Positions 30,766-43,003 of a stretch of DNA of 64,000 bases are shown here, in pieces. A model generated the notes under the pieces. That model did not search any database. It was not told the DNA's origin and was given only the letters and a program-made list of their open reading frames with translations. Where the stretch lies: the NCBI GenBank assembly GCA_965153355.1, contig OZ231126.1, positions 30,256,001 through 30,320,000 on the forward strand. The letters are read 5' to 3'. Source of the stretch: Flaccisagitta enflata. Its lineage: Eukaryota. Positions within the stretch are counted from its first letter, which is position 1. Every line of letters starts with the position of its first letter. The position numbers and the translations under genes were made by a program.

Positions 30766-31476
30766 AACTACAGACCGACCGAACCTCCGATTCGGTCACC
30801 GAATTCAGTAGGTCAAAAAACCGAAGTTTGATCTTTTGTTTACTTTTCCTATCGAACATGCAAATTGGGACTCCGGTGCCCTCTGACACATGAAAGATGA
30901 TTCACACAACAAAACACATCTGCTCTTCTTGCCTAATCCCTCCTTTCCCTCTTCAAACAAAGGCCAACATAAGTCGCGTGCAAAGACTTACAGAATGACA
31001 CTTAGAAAGACTTAAAATGACAATTGCTCTCTAATAGCTTAGTATATATAAAATGAAAATGACTTAGGGAATAAAATTGATAAAAAAAAAAAGTGTGACG
31101 GACAGCAGGTGGACATGCTCAACAACTTAACGGACGAGACAGATGGACAAAGCGGGGTGTAGAGTCGCGTGCACACGACTAAAAGGAAGAATCATGTCGA
31201 GACTTGATACTTTAGCGCAACCTAAATCATGACAGTGCAAATCAATTTCTTTACAAAAAAGACAACCGGCCTTGTTTGTTGATTTAAATCTGTCTGTACT
31301 TCCGTCTGTCCCTGTGTGTGTAAGTGTGTGTGTTTGTGTGTGCGCGCTTGTGTGTGTGCGCGCGTGTGTCTATGTTGGGATTATCCCAGAGTTAACTGCC
31401 TTGACTTCGACCTTGAGTCAGGCACCATAGTAAAAATCAAAATTATTTTTTGTTGAAAGCAAATGCACTTTGTTAT

Positions 31477-31651
<175 letters not shown>

Positions 31652-32549
31652 CAAAAAAGACATATATAGAAAAAAAGACTGAAAAAAACAGGAAGAAAAA
31701 ATATCGTAAAAACAGGTATAAATATAAATGATTACAAAAAAAATTATTTTTTCTTCATAGGTTGATTTCAAATAAAGAAATATATATTAAATTTTTTTAC
31801 AAAAATTAATGTTAGTAAATAATATTTCATTATATCGAATGTGCATTCTTTAAGTCCCTTGGTTGCATTCGAACCTAGTATGTCGGTCGGTCCATCGCAC
31901 AAAAAAGCCTCTTATAGGGTTGCTAGTCCGCGACAGAAAAAAAAAAAAGAAAAAAAAAAAAAAAGCTTAACAAAATCACTCTCCACCCTACGACTGGTGT
32001 TGTCGTATATACGGCCTTGTTTCACAATGGCTAATTTCTTTGAGGTACACTCATGAATAAACTTTTCCCAAATTAAGTGCAATATTTTATCATTAGTAAT
32101 TTTTATACATGTAAAGCACGAGCTAAACGAAATGTTTTCGGTTATTGAACAATAAAGACATCTTACATGTTGTAAGATGGACCAAAATCAAATTTTGGCA
32201 TTCACCAGAACTCAAACGAGTATGTGTTTGGTTTTTCTTTACTCATATCGCGTCCCTACCCCCTACTTTAAGCCCTAAGAGCTCCTTTCCCAGCCCCCCC
32301 CCCCCATCCCATCCATAAACTCTTCTTTTTCAACCCAGCTACAGTTCAAACCCTGAATTTAACCATACGGCCTTTCCTGAAACAAATCATTTATCGTGAT
32401 TAAATTTCGTAACGTTTACGACTATAATCAAGATGTTACATCTTCTCTGATTTACACGTCCTAAATCTCATGAAAAAGAAATTGTGACCTACAATTTCTC
32501 TCCTGTACAATCCATTATGCGCTCTACCACTTAGACAGAGAAAAAAATG

Positions 32550-32699
<150 letters not shown>

Positions 32700-32763
32700 C
32701 TTTTATCTTATTCATATTTTTCCCCACAGCATTGATTAAACCTGAGGTAATATTTCGACCTCG

Positions 32764-33329
32764 CCCTTGGCTCCACTTTCCGTGCCTTGCCATGTTTTGC
32801 CCTTGGCTCCACTTCCCCTATCTTGCCATGTTTTACCCATGGCTCCTCTTCCCCTGCCTTGCCATGTTTTGCCCTTGGACACACTTCCCCTACCTTGCCA
32901 TGTTTTGCCCTTGGCTCCACTTTCCGTGCCTTGCCATGTTTTACCCTTGGCTCCACTTTCCGTGCCTTGCCATGTTTTGCCCTTGGCTCCACTTCCCCCG
33001 TCTTGCCATGTTTTACCCACGGCTCCACTTCCCCTGCCTTGCCATGTTTTGCCCTTGGCTCCACTTCCCCTGCCTTGCCATGTTTTGCCCTTGGCTCCAC
33101 TTTCCGTGCCTTGCCATGTTTTACCCTTGGCTCCACTTTCCGTGCCTTGCCATGTTTTGCCCTTGGCTCCACTTCCCCTGTCTTGCCATGTTTTACCCAT
33201 GGCTCCACTTCTCCTGCCTTGCCATGTTTTGCCCTTGGCTCCACTTCCCCTGCCTTGCCATGTTTTGCCCTTGGCTCCACTTTCCGTGCCTTGCCATGTT
33301 TTACCCTTGGCTCCACTTTCCGTGCCTTG
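32764..33329. repeat. 36-bp minisatellite (about 15.5 copies) with 180-bp higher-order period
   Basis: Unit CCCTTGGCTCCACTTTCCGTGCCTTGCCATGTTTTG; variant order recurs at 32941, 33121 and 33301. Confidence 0.95.
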
Positions 33330-33761
33330 TCACACCATACCTGTTCTTTTACTTCCTGTGCACATGTTCACCTTCTCACCCACCCACGCACCTGTCCAAC
33401 TATCCACCCAACTGTCCACCTATCACCCTCATGCCCACCAACCCTCGTGTTCACCTTCAACCCACCCAGTTGTCCGCCACCCCACATTATAAGACACGTG
33501 CAGCAGCTACCGAATACCTGCTTATCCCAAACTGTCGTTTTACTTTAGATGCTTGTCTTCCTCACACCTGCTTTTGTAATAAATTAATTTCAAATCTTTC
33601 AAGAAGCTTTCCCTTCCTCATCAAAACTTATCTTCTTCTGGACAAATTTGGAAGCTACACAGATACGTTTGCGCTACTCCATCGCCAGTATGTACTGTAT
33701 AGTTGAACAATGCAAAAGGGGATGTCAAAGGACCAAAAGTTTTACAGAAGAGGGGTTGATA

Positions 33762-34659
33762 CAAGGTGTGAACCCCCTAAAACTGTAGCACCCCCCTACA
33801 GATAAAACTACAGCAATAAGTAGTTTGTACTGAATTGTAAATCATAGTTTAGGACTATACAAGTGGCGCGACCAAGGCGATTTTGAAATTTCAACTCCAG
33901 TTTGGAATTATGGCACAAAATCCTTGATTTTATAAATATTTAGAACTAAACAATTTTAACACTTTTATAAGCTGCCACGCGAATAAAAAAAAAAGACACA
34001 CTTTTAAATAGCTCATTCAGCCATAAAAATTTAAAGAAACTAATTAAAATCTTAGACTATTTCAAAGCCCTTTGAATGTACTTTTATTTAGTGTCAACCT
34101 GGTATCTCTATCTTTTTTTGTTTAGAAATGGCATTAGTTTGAATAAAAATTTTGCATTTTACCAAAATAGTGCTTCTCTTTGCAGAGCTCTAGCTTCTAA
34201 ACCGTTTGAAATACAAACCTGGAATTGGTCTAGAGTGAAAGATTTTTTGAAAATCTTTAAAAATGACTGAACTAAAAATTACTAAGATTATTTTTTTAAC
34301 CTGTTTTATTCATAAAAAAAGGGGTGTGTCTTTTTTTTTTATTTGCGTGGTATATCTTGAGTTGAAGGTCAAAATTTAAGAATTACCCTGGTGGCGCCAC
34401 TTATATTGATATAAACATTCTTTTTTAGTCACGGACACGCGACTCTACACCTTGCCGTGTCGGTTGGTAGGTCAGTAGGTCGGTAGGTCGGTCCCGTAAC
34501 CTTTTTGAATTCCGAACGGTTTTTGCACTACTGCTCCTGCCCAACCATCCGCGACTGGATTGCCGTGTATCCGGCCTTGTTTACTACAAAAGTCTCTTAA
34601 ATGTAATTGGTTGGAGCTGTAGGTGGGGGTGCTACATTTTTCAGGGGGTTCACACCTTT
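33762..34659. mobile_element. Nested TIR elements (outer 33762-34659, middle about 33860-34403, inner 33975-34350)
   Basis: Inverted pairs AAGGTGTGAACCCCCT/AGGGGGTTCACACCTT, AAGTGGCGC/GCGCCACTT and CCACGCGAATAAAA/TTTTATTTGCGTGG. Confidence 0.65.
34421..34580 (+). mobile_element. Helentron/DINE-like short element (family B); related copies about 8452-8580, 10731-10935, 21967-22157, 30957-31183, 43288-43487, 45452-45613, 51880-52270, 56628-56771 and from 62097
   Basis: Shared layout: TTTTAGTCGCG...CGCGACTCTAC 5' hairpin, (GTCG/GTCC)n tract, 3' CGCGACT plus hairpin GCCGTGTATCCGGC and CTTGTT. Confidence 0.7.
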
Positions 34660-35341
34660 TATATAGCACTTCTCTGAATTTACTATAGCCGGATTTCCAT
34701 TATTGCCGATGAATTGATATGACGGAACAAAACTTTTTGTTCGTTATCATCTGAAAAAACAACCCGTCAGAAAAAAAACCAATTGGCTCCTGTGATGTTT
34801 TGCCCTTTTCAGTTTCTACTTTGAAATAGGAGAGTAGAAAATCTTCCAAGGATAATTTGCGGGAATACTTGTGCACTTCCCGGGCCAATGAGATCCTTAC
34901 AATTGGTGAGCAATAGGATTAAAACCGCGCAGCACTTCCTGGGCACTACTTGTCCTTCCCCCTTGAATATACGGGTCGTTTTTTTCAGATGCGATAAGCG
35001 GACTTTCGTTACTTTAGGGATCCGTTATAACTGTACTTAGTTGGTCTCTCGAGAGTTCGATGTGAGTGGAATAAGCCATCATTCTTCGATAGTCAAGCAG
35101 AAAATGAATTGAAAACGGGCATCGTACTTCCGAGAGTCAAAATTCATCCTTGTCATTTGTCATGACAAAGGTCAGTTGTAAATGCCATCGAGGTTCCGAT
35201 ATCATCTTTTGATTTCGACTTTTGAGCGCAGATTTATCAATCATGGCATCTTAATCACCCTAAGCTAACGGCCTCATCGTCAAAGTTGTCGTCATCGTCA
35301 TCGTCAAAGTCGTCGTCATTATCGTCATCTTCCATGTCACC

Positions 35342-38300
35342 TTGACTTGATAGGCATATCGTCCCCGATGAGGACCTGCCTCACCGATCGGGGCAGGCTT
35401 CGCGTTTGTGGCGTGCTAGGTTCGTACTCGCCATTTCCACGCCGCAAGAGCACACACACCTCTTCCCCTTATACACTCGCGGCCTTCTTTCTGCCGCTTC
35501 TTCTCCCGCCGCAATGGCCCTCATACACTTCTTTCTATGTCTTGCGATGTAAGATTTGGAGAATTCTCTCCCGCACGCGCATACTCTTCTGTCCGTCTGA
35601 CTAGCTGCAGCGCCACCACATATTTTCATGTGGTTGAGTTTGTTTGCCTCTTGTTGGAAGCTCGACCCGCAAGCTTCGCACGCGAAAGTCTTCTTTCTGC
35701 TCGAGACCTCGTGCATCCGTCTTCTATGCACAGTGAGGCCCCCCTTCGACTTACACCGCTTCCCACACACTCCACACACAAATTCCACCATGGTGCCAAC
35801 CCTCACATTTCTTTCCACTTCTTCCCCGTTCCACTGATGTCCTCTGCTTCTTTCCCATTTTTCCAGATGGCTCATTCTTTCTTTGACTAAGCTTTTCCAC
35901 TTCTTCCTATCACTCGTCACTCCCGCCAAATTGGTCCAGTCAATTCCCGCTTCCTTAAGCAACTTCTTCCAATAGCAGACAGTCTTCCTTTTTCTTCCCT
36001 TTGGCTTCTCCCACTTCTCCAGTTCTCCCATCCATCCAAGTATCACTGCTTTCGTCATTCGACTATCCTCCATCCTCATGACGTGGCCAATTCTTTCCAG
36101 GACCCGCTTTTCTATTTTCCATCTCAAAGATCTGACTCCTAACTCCCTCCTTACGTCCTCCATATTTTTGTGCTCCTTCTGCATCTGTATAAGCGGCGGC
36201 CCCGTCTTCCTACTCCATATGTATCTGTAGCAGCGATCCACCATCTTCTGTAATTGCTTTATTTCCTTCACATACCACACCCTGACGGCGCAATCGAAGA
36301 GCAGGCCGCTCTCCACACACGCCTCCACTACCCTCGCCTGCATCTTCTTCTTCATCTTTGATCCCACTAGTCGCGGTCTCACTTTAGCCCAAGCTCCTCT
36401 TGCTCTTTTTAATCTTGCTTTAATGTCCTCTTGCCACCCCATCCAGCAGCCCAACATCCTTATTTCTCCGCTTTCTTCGCTGCCAAATTTCAGTCTTTCT
36501 TCTTTGTCGTCGTTGTTTTTCTCCTCGAATTGGCTCATCACTTTCTTTACTATTTCCACTCCTTCCTCTAATTCTTCTTCATCTCCTACTGCCGTCGTAT
36601 CGTCGGCGAATAGAGAGAGGTCTACCCATACTTCCACTGCTTCTGAGTGCTCCTTTTCCCACAACCTACTTCCTGGCAATGCACTTCCTGGCACCCACTT
36701 CACACAAATTCCTACCTCCTTTCCTTTCTCCTCTGCTGCCATCTTCCGCTCCACCTTCGCCACCCTCATCACTGCTTGATGGAAAATGTTGAAGAGAATA
36801 GGCGACGATGGGCATCCTTCCCTCAATCCTCTTTCTGGCACCCATGGCTCGGAATCTCCCTCCTTTCCTCTGATTGCATACTCCGTCGTTTCATGCAAGT
36901 CCATAATCACCCTCAGAAACACTCCATCTAATCCATAACGCCGCAGCAATCTCCACAACGCCGGTTTGTTCACCCGCGGATACGCTTTACGGAGATCCAA
37001 AAGCCTAGCCGCCGGTTTCAATCCCTCTCCTTCCTCTCCCCTCCTCTTCTCCAAATCCTCCGCATCTTCCTGCAACCTCATCATCACTTGCGTCGCATCC
37101 GCCGTCGCTCTTCCACTCCTAAAACCCGCCTGATTGTCGTCCATCAATCCCATCGCCTCCGCCCACTCCTTCAATCTGCATGCCACAATCCGAGCTACAA
37201 TTCTGCTACCCATAGACAATAGACAGACACCCCTATAGTTATTAGGATCGTCCCTGTCTCCTTTATTTTTGTATAAAGGGACTACTTGACCAGAACGTAG
37301 GCTACTCTCCCACTTCTCCGCTCCATTCTCCCACATGAATTGGACGATTCTCACCACCTCTTGCATCACCGGCTCTCCACCCTTTCTCAAATAACAAAGA
37401 CGGACGCCATCCTCCCCCGGCGCCGCATCCTTCATCTTCCCCATTTCGCGCTCTATCTCTGCTCTATCCGGCGGTCTCCCCAACCGCTCCCTCCACCCCA
37501 CCGTCCTCTCATCCTCCCTCAGATCCACCGCCTTGTCCACCACCCTCTCCAGCTCCTCCGGAACATTCTCGAACCTCTCCTCTGACACTCGCATGAAATG
37601 ACCCCTGAACTCCTCCTTCGTCAGCGTCGTCTCCCCTTTCACCTTCTTGACCCCTCTTCCTCCAAGGGTCCTCAGACTCTTATACATCCCTCCCGTGTCT
37701 CCTCTTTCCGCCGCGTTCTCACATCTATTCAACTCTCCTTCCCACCATTCTTTCTCCCAGTTCGACAGCTCCCTCTTCCACTCCTTTCTTGCTTCTCTCA
37801 GCTCTTCTTTCGCCTCCTCCTCCTCCTCCTCTCCCTCTGCTCCGTTCCTCCTCTCCAAACATTGGCTAATTCTCCCTTTCAGTCTCTGCACTTCCTCTTC
37901 CTTCCCCATCATCCAGGGATTCTCAATCGACTTCTCCTTTTCACCGCACACTTCCTTCGCCGCTTCCAACACCACTTCCTGCAGCTTCATCCATCCCGTC
38001 TCTTCTTGACTCGGCTCTTCCTGCCTCTCCCTCATTTTGCTCTCCACACTCTCCTGATATCTCTTCTCCACTTCCTCGTTCTTTAGCTTCTCCCATTGGA
38101 TCATTGGTTTTCTTTTCCGCTCATACACCCTCCTCCACTTTTTCTTCTTTGCAATATCCAAAACCATTTTCTTCGGCTTATGGTCGCTGATAACATTTTC
38201 ACCCACCGTTTTTACCTTCTTGACGTACTTGTGCCTCTCTTCCGCTCTCATAATGAACCCATCCAACTCATACCATAAACCATTGAAATTTGATCTCCAT

Positions 38301-39375
38301 GTACCTCGCCACCTTTCGCTGAAGAAGCCATTAACCCAACATAAGCCATTTTCTTCACACCACTCCTTTAAAGCCTGACCTTGTGCGTTAGATGATCGCA
38401 GACCGAAACACCCACACACACTACCTCTCTGCTCACCTCCCCCTATATGCGCGTTGAGATCACCGCCGACGACCAACGTTTCTTTCTTCTCTGCCCATCT
38501 CACATGCTCCATCAGCTTCTCCCTTTCACCCTCTATCTCTTCCTCCCTGCCGTGAGTCCACACCGGCATATACGTCGCCACCATCACCCAGTCACCCACT
38601 TTCACCGACACATGTCTCTCATCCCACTTCTTCCTCTGTCCTCCCTCGCACCACCTCTTCAAAGCTTCCCCACGCAGCATCACCCCTGCTTTCTCCGCAT
38701 GCACAACCACCACCAATTTCTCTGCTTGCCCTAACCACACTACTCCTTTCCCGCTTGCCCTCAGCTCACTTAGCAACACAACATCCCATCCACTCTTCTC
38801 CGCGTAGCTAACCACCATCCTCAGCTTCCTCCTCCTCAAACTCTCTACCGACATCCCCTGCACATTCCACGTCGCCACCACCATCTCCTCTTTCGACGTC
38901 ACACCCCTCGCCATCTCCTCCTTTCTCCTCCTCTCTTTTTCTTCCCTCCTCGCGATCCTCCTCTTCTTCCTTCTTTCCCTCCTGCTCTTCCTCCTGACTT
39001 CCGCTCGAGGCCCGGGGTTTGGATGGATGGTTGTTAATGCCATCCTCACCTCGGCTCTTCTTCTTCTCTCTTCATCCACAGCCAGTGGCCAAAACGATGA
39101 TGGAATTGAGTTTGGTTGTCCTGACCACCAGCTGCGACGCGAAGCTGCCCTCCTCGGGCTAAAGCCTACAATTTGTTTTAGGAGGTGAGAAAGACGGCCG
39201 GGCTCTCCCCACTCCGTTGCCCAAAAAACGGACCCCACTTCCATTCTTTCGAACTTTGTTGAATCCTCGTTTCCTGAGCCTCCCGTTCCGCTTTGCCACG
39301 CTTTCCTCCACTTCTGCTTTCGCTTCTGTTTTGGTCCGCGTGCCCACTGGCACCCCAGGAAGGTGTAAGAACGTG

Positions 39376-39405
<30 letters not shown>
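35342..39405 (-). mobile_element. Apparently intact RTE-type non-LTR retrotransposon
   Basis: Single long ORF, short 3' end with (TCAAG)2 tail, 5' (CTGG)n tract, and 27-bp direct repeat GTCATTATCGTCATCTTCCATGTCACC at 35315-35341 and 39406-39432. Confidence 0.93.
35381..39244 (-). CDS. APE endonuclease + reverse transcriptase + C-terminal zinc-finger polyprotein (1287 aa)
   Basis: Endonuclease motifs ATWNVQG, LSELR, GDLNAHIG, SDHKP. RT motifs NYRGVCLLS, QAGFRSGR, DLRKAYPRV, GLREGCPSSPILFNIF, FADDT. C2H2 finger CGVCGKRCKSKGGLTVHRRRMH. No stops. Confidence 0.96.
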   Translation of the reverse strand: MEVGSVFWATEWGEPGRLSHLLKQIVGFSPRRAASRRSWWSGQPNSIPSSFWPLAVDEERRRRAEVRMALTTIHPNPGPRAEVRRKSRRERRKKRRIARREEKERRRKEEMARGVTSKEEMVVATWNVQGMSVESLRRRKLRMVVSYAEKSGWDVVLLSELRASGKGVVWLGQAEKLVVVVHAEKAGVMLRGEALKRWCEGGQRKKWDERHVSVKVGDWVMVATYMPVWTHGREEEIEGEREKLMEHVRWAEKKETLVVGGDLNAHIGGGEQRGSVCGCFGLRSSNAQGQALKEWCEENGLCWVNGFFSERWRGTWRSNFNGLWYELDGFIMRAEERHKYVKKVKTVGENVISDHKPKKMVLDIAKKKKWRRVYERKRKPMIQWEKLKNEEVEKRYQESVESKMRERQEEPSQEETGWMKLQEVVLEAAKEVCGEKEKSIENPWMMGKEEEVQRLKGRISQCLERRNGAEGEEEEEEAKEELREARKEWKRELSNWEKEWWEGELNRCENAAERGDTGGMYKSLRTLGGRGVKKVKGETTLTKEEFRGHFMRVSEERFENVPEELERVVDKAVDLREDERTVGWRERLGRPPDRAEIEREMGKMKDAAPGEDGVRLCYLRKGGEPVMQEVVRIVQFMWENGAEKWESSLRSGQVVPLYKNKGDRDDPNNYRGVCLLSMGSRIVARIVACRLKEWAEAMGLMDDNQAGFRSGRATADATQVMMRLQEDAEDLEKRRGEEGEGLKPAARLLDLRKAYPRVNKPALWRLLRRYGLDGVFLRVIMDLHETTEYAIRGKEGDSEPWVPERGLREGCPSSPILFNIFHQAVMRVAKVERKMAAEEKGKEVGICVKWVPGSALPGSRLWEKEHSEAVEVWVDLSLFADDTTAVGDEEELEEGVEIVKKVMSQFEEKNNDDKEERLKFGSEESGEIRMLGCWMGWQEDIKARLKRARGAWAKVRPRLVGSKMKKKMQARVVEACVESGLLFDCAVRVWYVKEIKQLQKMVDRCYRYIWSRKTGPPLIQMQKEHKNMEDVRRELGVRSLRWKIEKRVLERIGHVMRMEDSRMTKAVILGWMGELEKWEKPKGRKRKTVCYWKKLLKEAGIDWTNLAGVTSDRKKWKSLVKERMSHLEKWERSRGHQWNGEEVERNVRVGTMVEFVCGVCGKRCKSKGGLTVHRRRMHEVSSRKKTFACEACGSSFQQEANKLNHMKICGGAAASQTDRRVCACGREFSKSYIARHRKKCMRAIAAGEEAAERRPRVYKGKRCVCSCGVEMASTNLARHKREACPDR

Positions 39406-39409
<4 letters not shown>

Positions 39410-40014
39410 TTATCGTCATCTTCCATGTCACCGTGGTAGTCATCATCGTCGTCGTCGTCATCGTCGTCGTCGTTGCCGTCGTCATCGTCATCGTCATCGC
39501 CTGTTTCGTTGTCCTTATTGTCATCTTCCATGTAACCGTGGTATTCATCGTCGTCGTCGTCGTAGTCTCCATCGCCGTCATCATCGTTATCGTCGTCGCC
39601 ATCGTCGTTGTCATCGTCATCTTCATTTAACGCCCTCGCAAGGTCTCAGAAAACAAGAGCTACATTCACTTTTCAATTAGCTGATTATTCATTTGCTAAT
39701 TGCTACTTTTTGGCTATGAATCGAATCCCAACATCAAAATTTATGATTTATGTCTTATTCCACCTCCGCAGACTTTGTCAAATATCCTTTCTCCTTTTTT
39801 TCTTGTTTTTAAAGCAACCAGTCTGTATTATGTAAATCACAGTAAAGCAAGGATGTCCCAGTCCCACCTCGATGCCTTCCTGATGAGCGAATTCCTTACA
39901 ATCGACCTTTAACTGTTCGTTTTTTATGAAACTTAAACCGATTGTCTGTATGTTGCTTTTTCTTTTTCGCCTTTTTCAATCTCTCTTAGTCTTATTCAGA
40001 AATTCACTTTCTCA

Positions 40015-40116
<102 letters not shown>

Positions 40117-40263
40117 GTGTGTGTTTGTCTGTATTCACACTTACTTTGTTTAATTGTTAAACGCGAAGTTGATTTTCTTTCTGATGAAAATCCTTTTTTG
40201 GAAATCTAGCGATTTTAACTTTTAAGTTGGTTGTTGCTATGACTAATTCTTAAATGTAAGCTC

Positions 40264-41230
40264 TAACCTTGGCGACCAAAAAAATGGCGGATTTTTTCAA
40301 AACAGATTCTATTTACCTTAATCTAATAAAAACTTATCAAAATTGGTGATGGTTAGAAAGCTCTTCGAAAGATCTTTCATTTGAGTTGTGTCTGGAATTT
40401 TTAACTCAAACGGTTTAGAAGCTACAGCAGTTTGAACATGACTACTCCATTTCTGCTCTAATGTCACTTCAAGAATGAGTGATAAAAAACAATCATCTTA
40501 AAACCATAGTAAAAATTCTCTGATTTTGATGAAAATTGAACTTGAAGCGCTGAATACCTTCCTCTGACAGCTCCTCAAAAATTTTAAAAATCGGACAATT
40601 TTTTCTATCGTTTTCATTATGAGAAAGATCTTGAAATCTTCTAGAAATCTGAGCGTCAATGAGATAACAACATGGTTTTTTTGAAGGATTTCTATTATCA
40701 AGTTTTGACAAAAATCATATCAAATTCATGATGGTTTTGAAGCTCTTAGAATAATGTTCAAGTTGGAATAGCACAGGAGAGGTTTTAATAATTCAGCAGG
40801 GAAGTAAATGCAACAACAGCAAACCACTTCAGTTTTTGTGTATTTTATTGAGATCTAGAATATAAAATTATGAAAACCCTTGTAAAAATCATCCAATTAA
40901 CATGAAAATTGAAGTGATATCAGAAGACATACACCTGAACTACCACCTGAAATTTTGTAGAAATCGGACCAAAACTTCCATCATTTTTTTAGATTTTATT
41001 TTTTTTTTCAAATTCCCTTCTATAGAGTCACGGGCAGTCCAGAAAATGAGTAGTCATGCTCAAATTGCTCTAGTTTCTAAACCGTTTGAGTTAAAATTTT
41101 CAGACACGACTCAAATAAAAGAACTTTTGAAGAGCTTTCTAACCATCACCGAATTTAATAAGTTTTTCTCAAATTGAGGTAGATAGAATCTGTTTAAAAA
41201 ATCCGCCATTTTCTTTGTCGCCAAGGTTAA
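40264..41230. mobile_element. piggyBac-like (TTAA) MITE
   Basis: TAA-CCTTGGCGAC...GTCGCCAAGG-TTAA with about 200-bp inverted arms. Confidence 0.7.
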
Positions 41231-41470
41231 ATTAAGGGATATCCATTTAAGGATGGATTTTAGCTCAGGATTTGATGCTCGTTTCACTTCGTAAATCGGT
41301 CAAGTGTGTATTTGTTTGTCGGTGTCTGTTTGTCTGCTAGTCGCATTATCTGTTTCTTCTGTTCGCCTTTTTTCAGTTTCTCTTTCTGTCTCTGTCTCTC
41401 TCTGTCTCTCTCTGTCTCTGTCTCTGTCTCTGTCTCTCTGTCTCTGTCTCTCTGTCTCTGTCTCTCTGTC

Positions 41471-41583
<113 letters not shown>

Positions 41584-42202
41584 CATGTACCAATGACTCA
41601 TTCTATTTACATTCGGGAAAATGGCGATGCTCGCAAATTTTTTGCTTTTTCTTTCAAATGAAAAAACAAGAAAGTGTATTGATTAAAAGCAGGCGAATAA
41701 AAACCATGAAAGAGGATGCATTAAAGGAGGAGAAAAAGGATTCGTTCGCTCTCAGGCTCAAGATTGGTTTCATAGGTCATTATTGATTTTCTGCGGCTGC
41801 ATCTATTATAATAAGTTTGACGTAATACATAGACTCGCATTTTGGCAAACATGCCCATAAGGGAATATTGTTTGTGTAAAAAAGAAAATAATAAAAGAAC
41901 AGATTTTCATATCATTCATATCATTCAAAGAAATGAGACTGTTATAAAAAAAGAGTTTGATGTATGAAGTTTGGCACATATATGAAACCGTTTTTAACAG
42001 TGCCGAAAACGCTCATTTATTGCACAATGCACCAGCACACATACACACTTGCCCACTTGCCTTTCAAACAAACTATTTATTCAATTATTCATTGGATATT
42101 GGAAACTGGATGAATCGCGTTTATTTAAATCTATTCATTGGTGAAGGCGAATGCACCCAAACACGAAAGCTGAATGGAAGAGATAATGACTCTGAGGCTG
42201 AG

Positions 42203-42300
<98 letters not shown>

Positions 42301-42366
42301 ACTGACAGACAGACGGCTACCCCCCCCCAAAAAAAAAAAATTAATTCAAGTTACAATATTCTCGTA

Positions 42367-43003
42367 CGCTGAGGAAAAAACACTTTTTTTCATGCAGGGA
42401 CCCTGAGGAGGGCCCAGATTTTATTATTTTGATGTAACTATTAGTTACTAACTAATGTATTCTAAAAATTTCAGGACCATAGGTGTCCTTAACATTCGTC
42501 ATATTGCTTCTGAAAAATGGCTCATCCTTAAGGGGGCCAAAATTTTCAAAATCATTTTTCCTCAAATCTGATGCGGTGATGCCAGATTCAGATTCCGTGT
42601 AAAAAATTGTGTTAGATACTATACTTTCTATTTTCAAAATTCTTTTTTAAGCTAAAAAAATGCCAAAAAAAAAAAAAACCTCTAAAAAACCTTGTTTTTT
42701 AAAAACCCTTATTTTTGGAGGTTTTTTACATTTTTTCAGCTTAGAAACAAAATTTAAAAAAAAAGATAATATAGAATCTGGCATAAATCTTTACAAAGAA
42801 TCTGAATCTGGCATCACATTTGAGGAAAAATGATTTTGAAATTTTAGCCCCTTAAGGATGAACCATTTTTCAGGTGCAATATGATGAATGTTTAAGAACA
42901 TTTATGGTCCTGAAATTTTTAGAATATATTAGTTACATCAAAATAAGAAAATCTGGGCCCTCCTCAGGGTCCCTGCATGGAAAGAAATGTATTCTCCTCA
43001 GCG
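42367..43003. mobile_element. TA-targeting foldback MITE
   Basis: TA-CGCTGAGGA...TCCTCAGCG-TA; arms inverted over about 300 bp (CATGCAGGGACCCTGAGGAGGGCCCAGATTTT and its complement). Confidence 0.82.

Noticed and set aside
32764-33329. Possible CRISPR array (36-bp repeats)
   Set aside because: Repeats are head-to-tail without unique spacers, no cas genes, eukaryotic context.
32708-33706. Five long ORFs (154-324 aa) with 12-aa periodicity
   Set aside because: By-product of a stop-free 36-bp minisatellite; open on both strands with no preferred frame.
36423-38734. Plus-strand ORFs overlapping the LINE
   Set aside because: Antisense shadows of a purine-rich coding strand.
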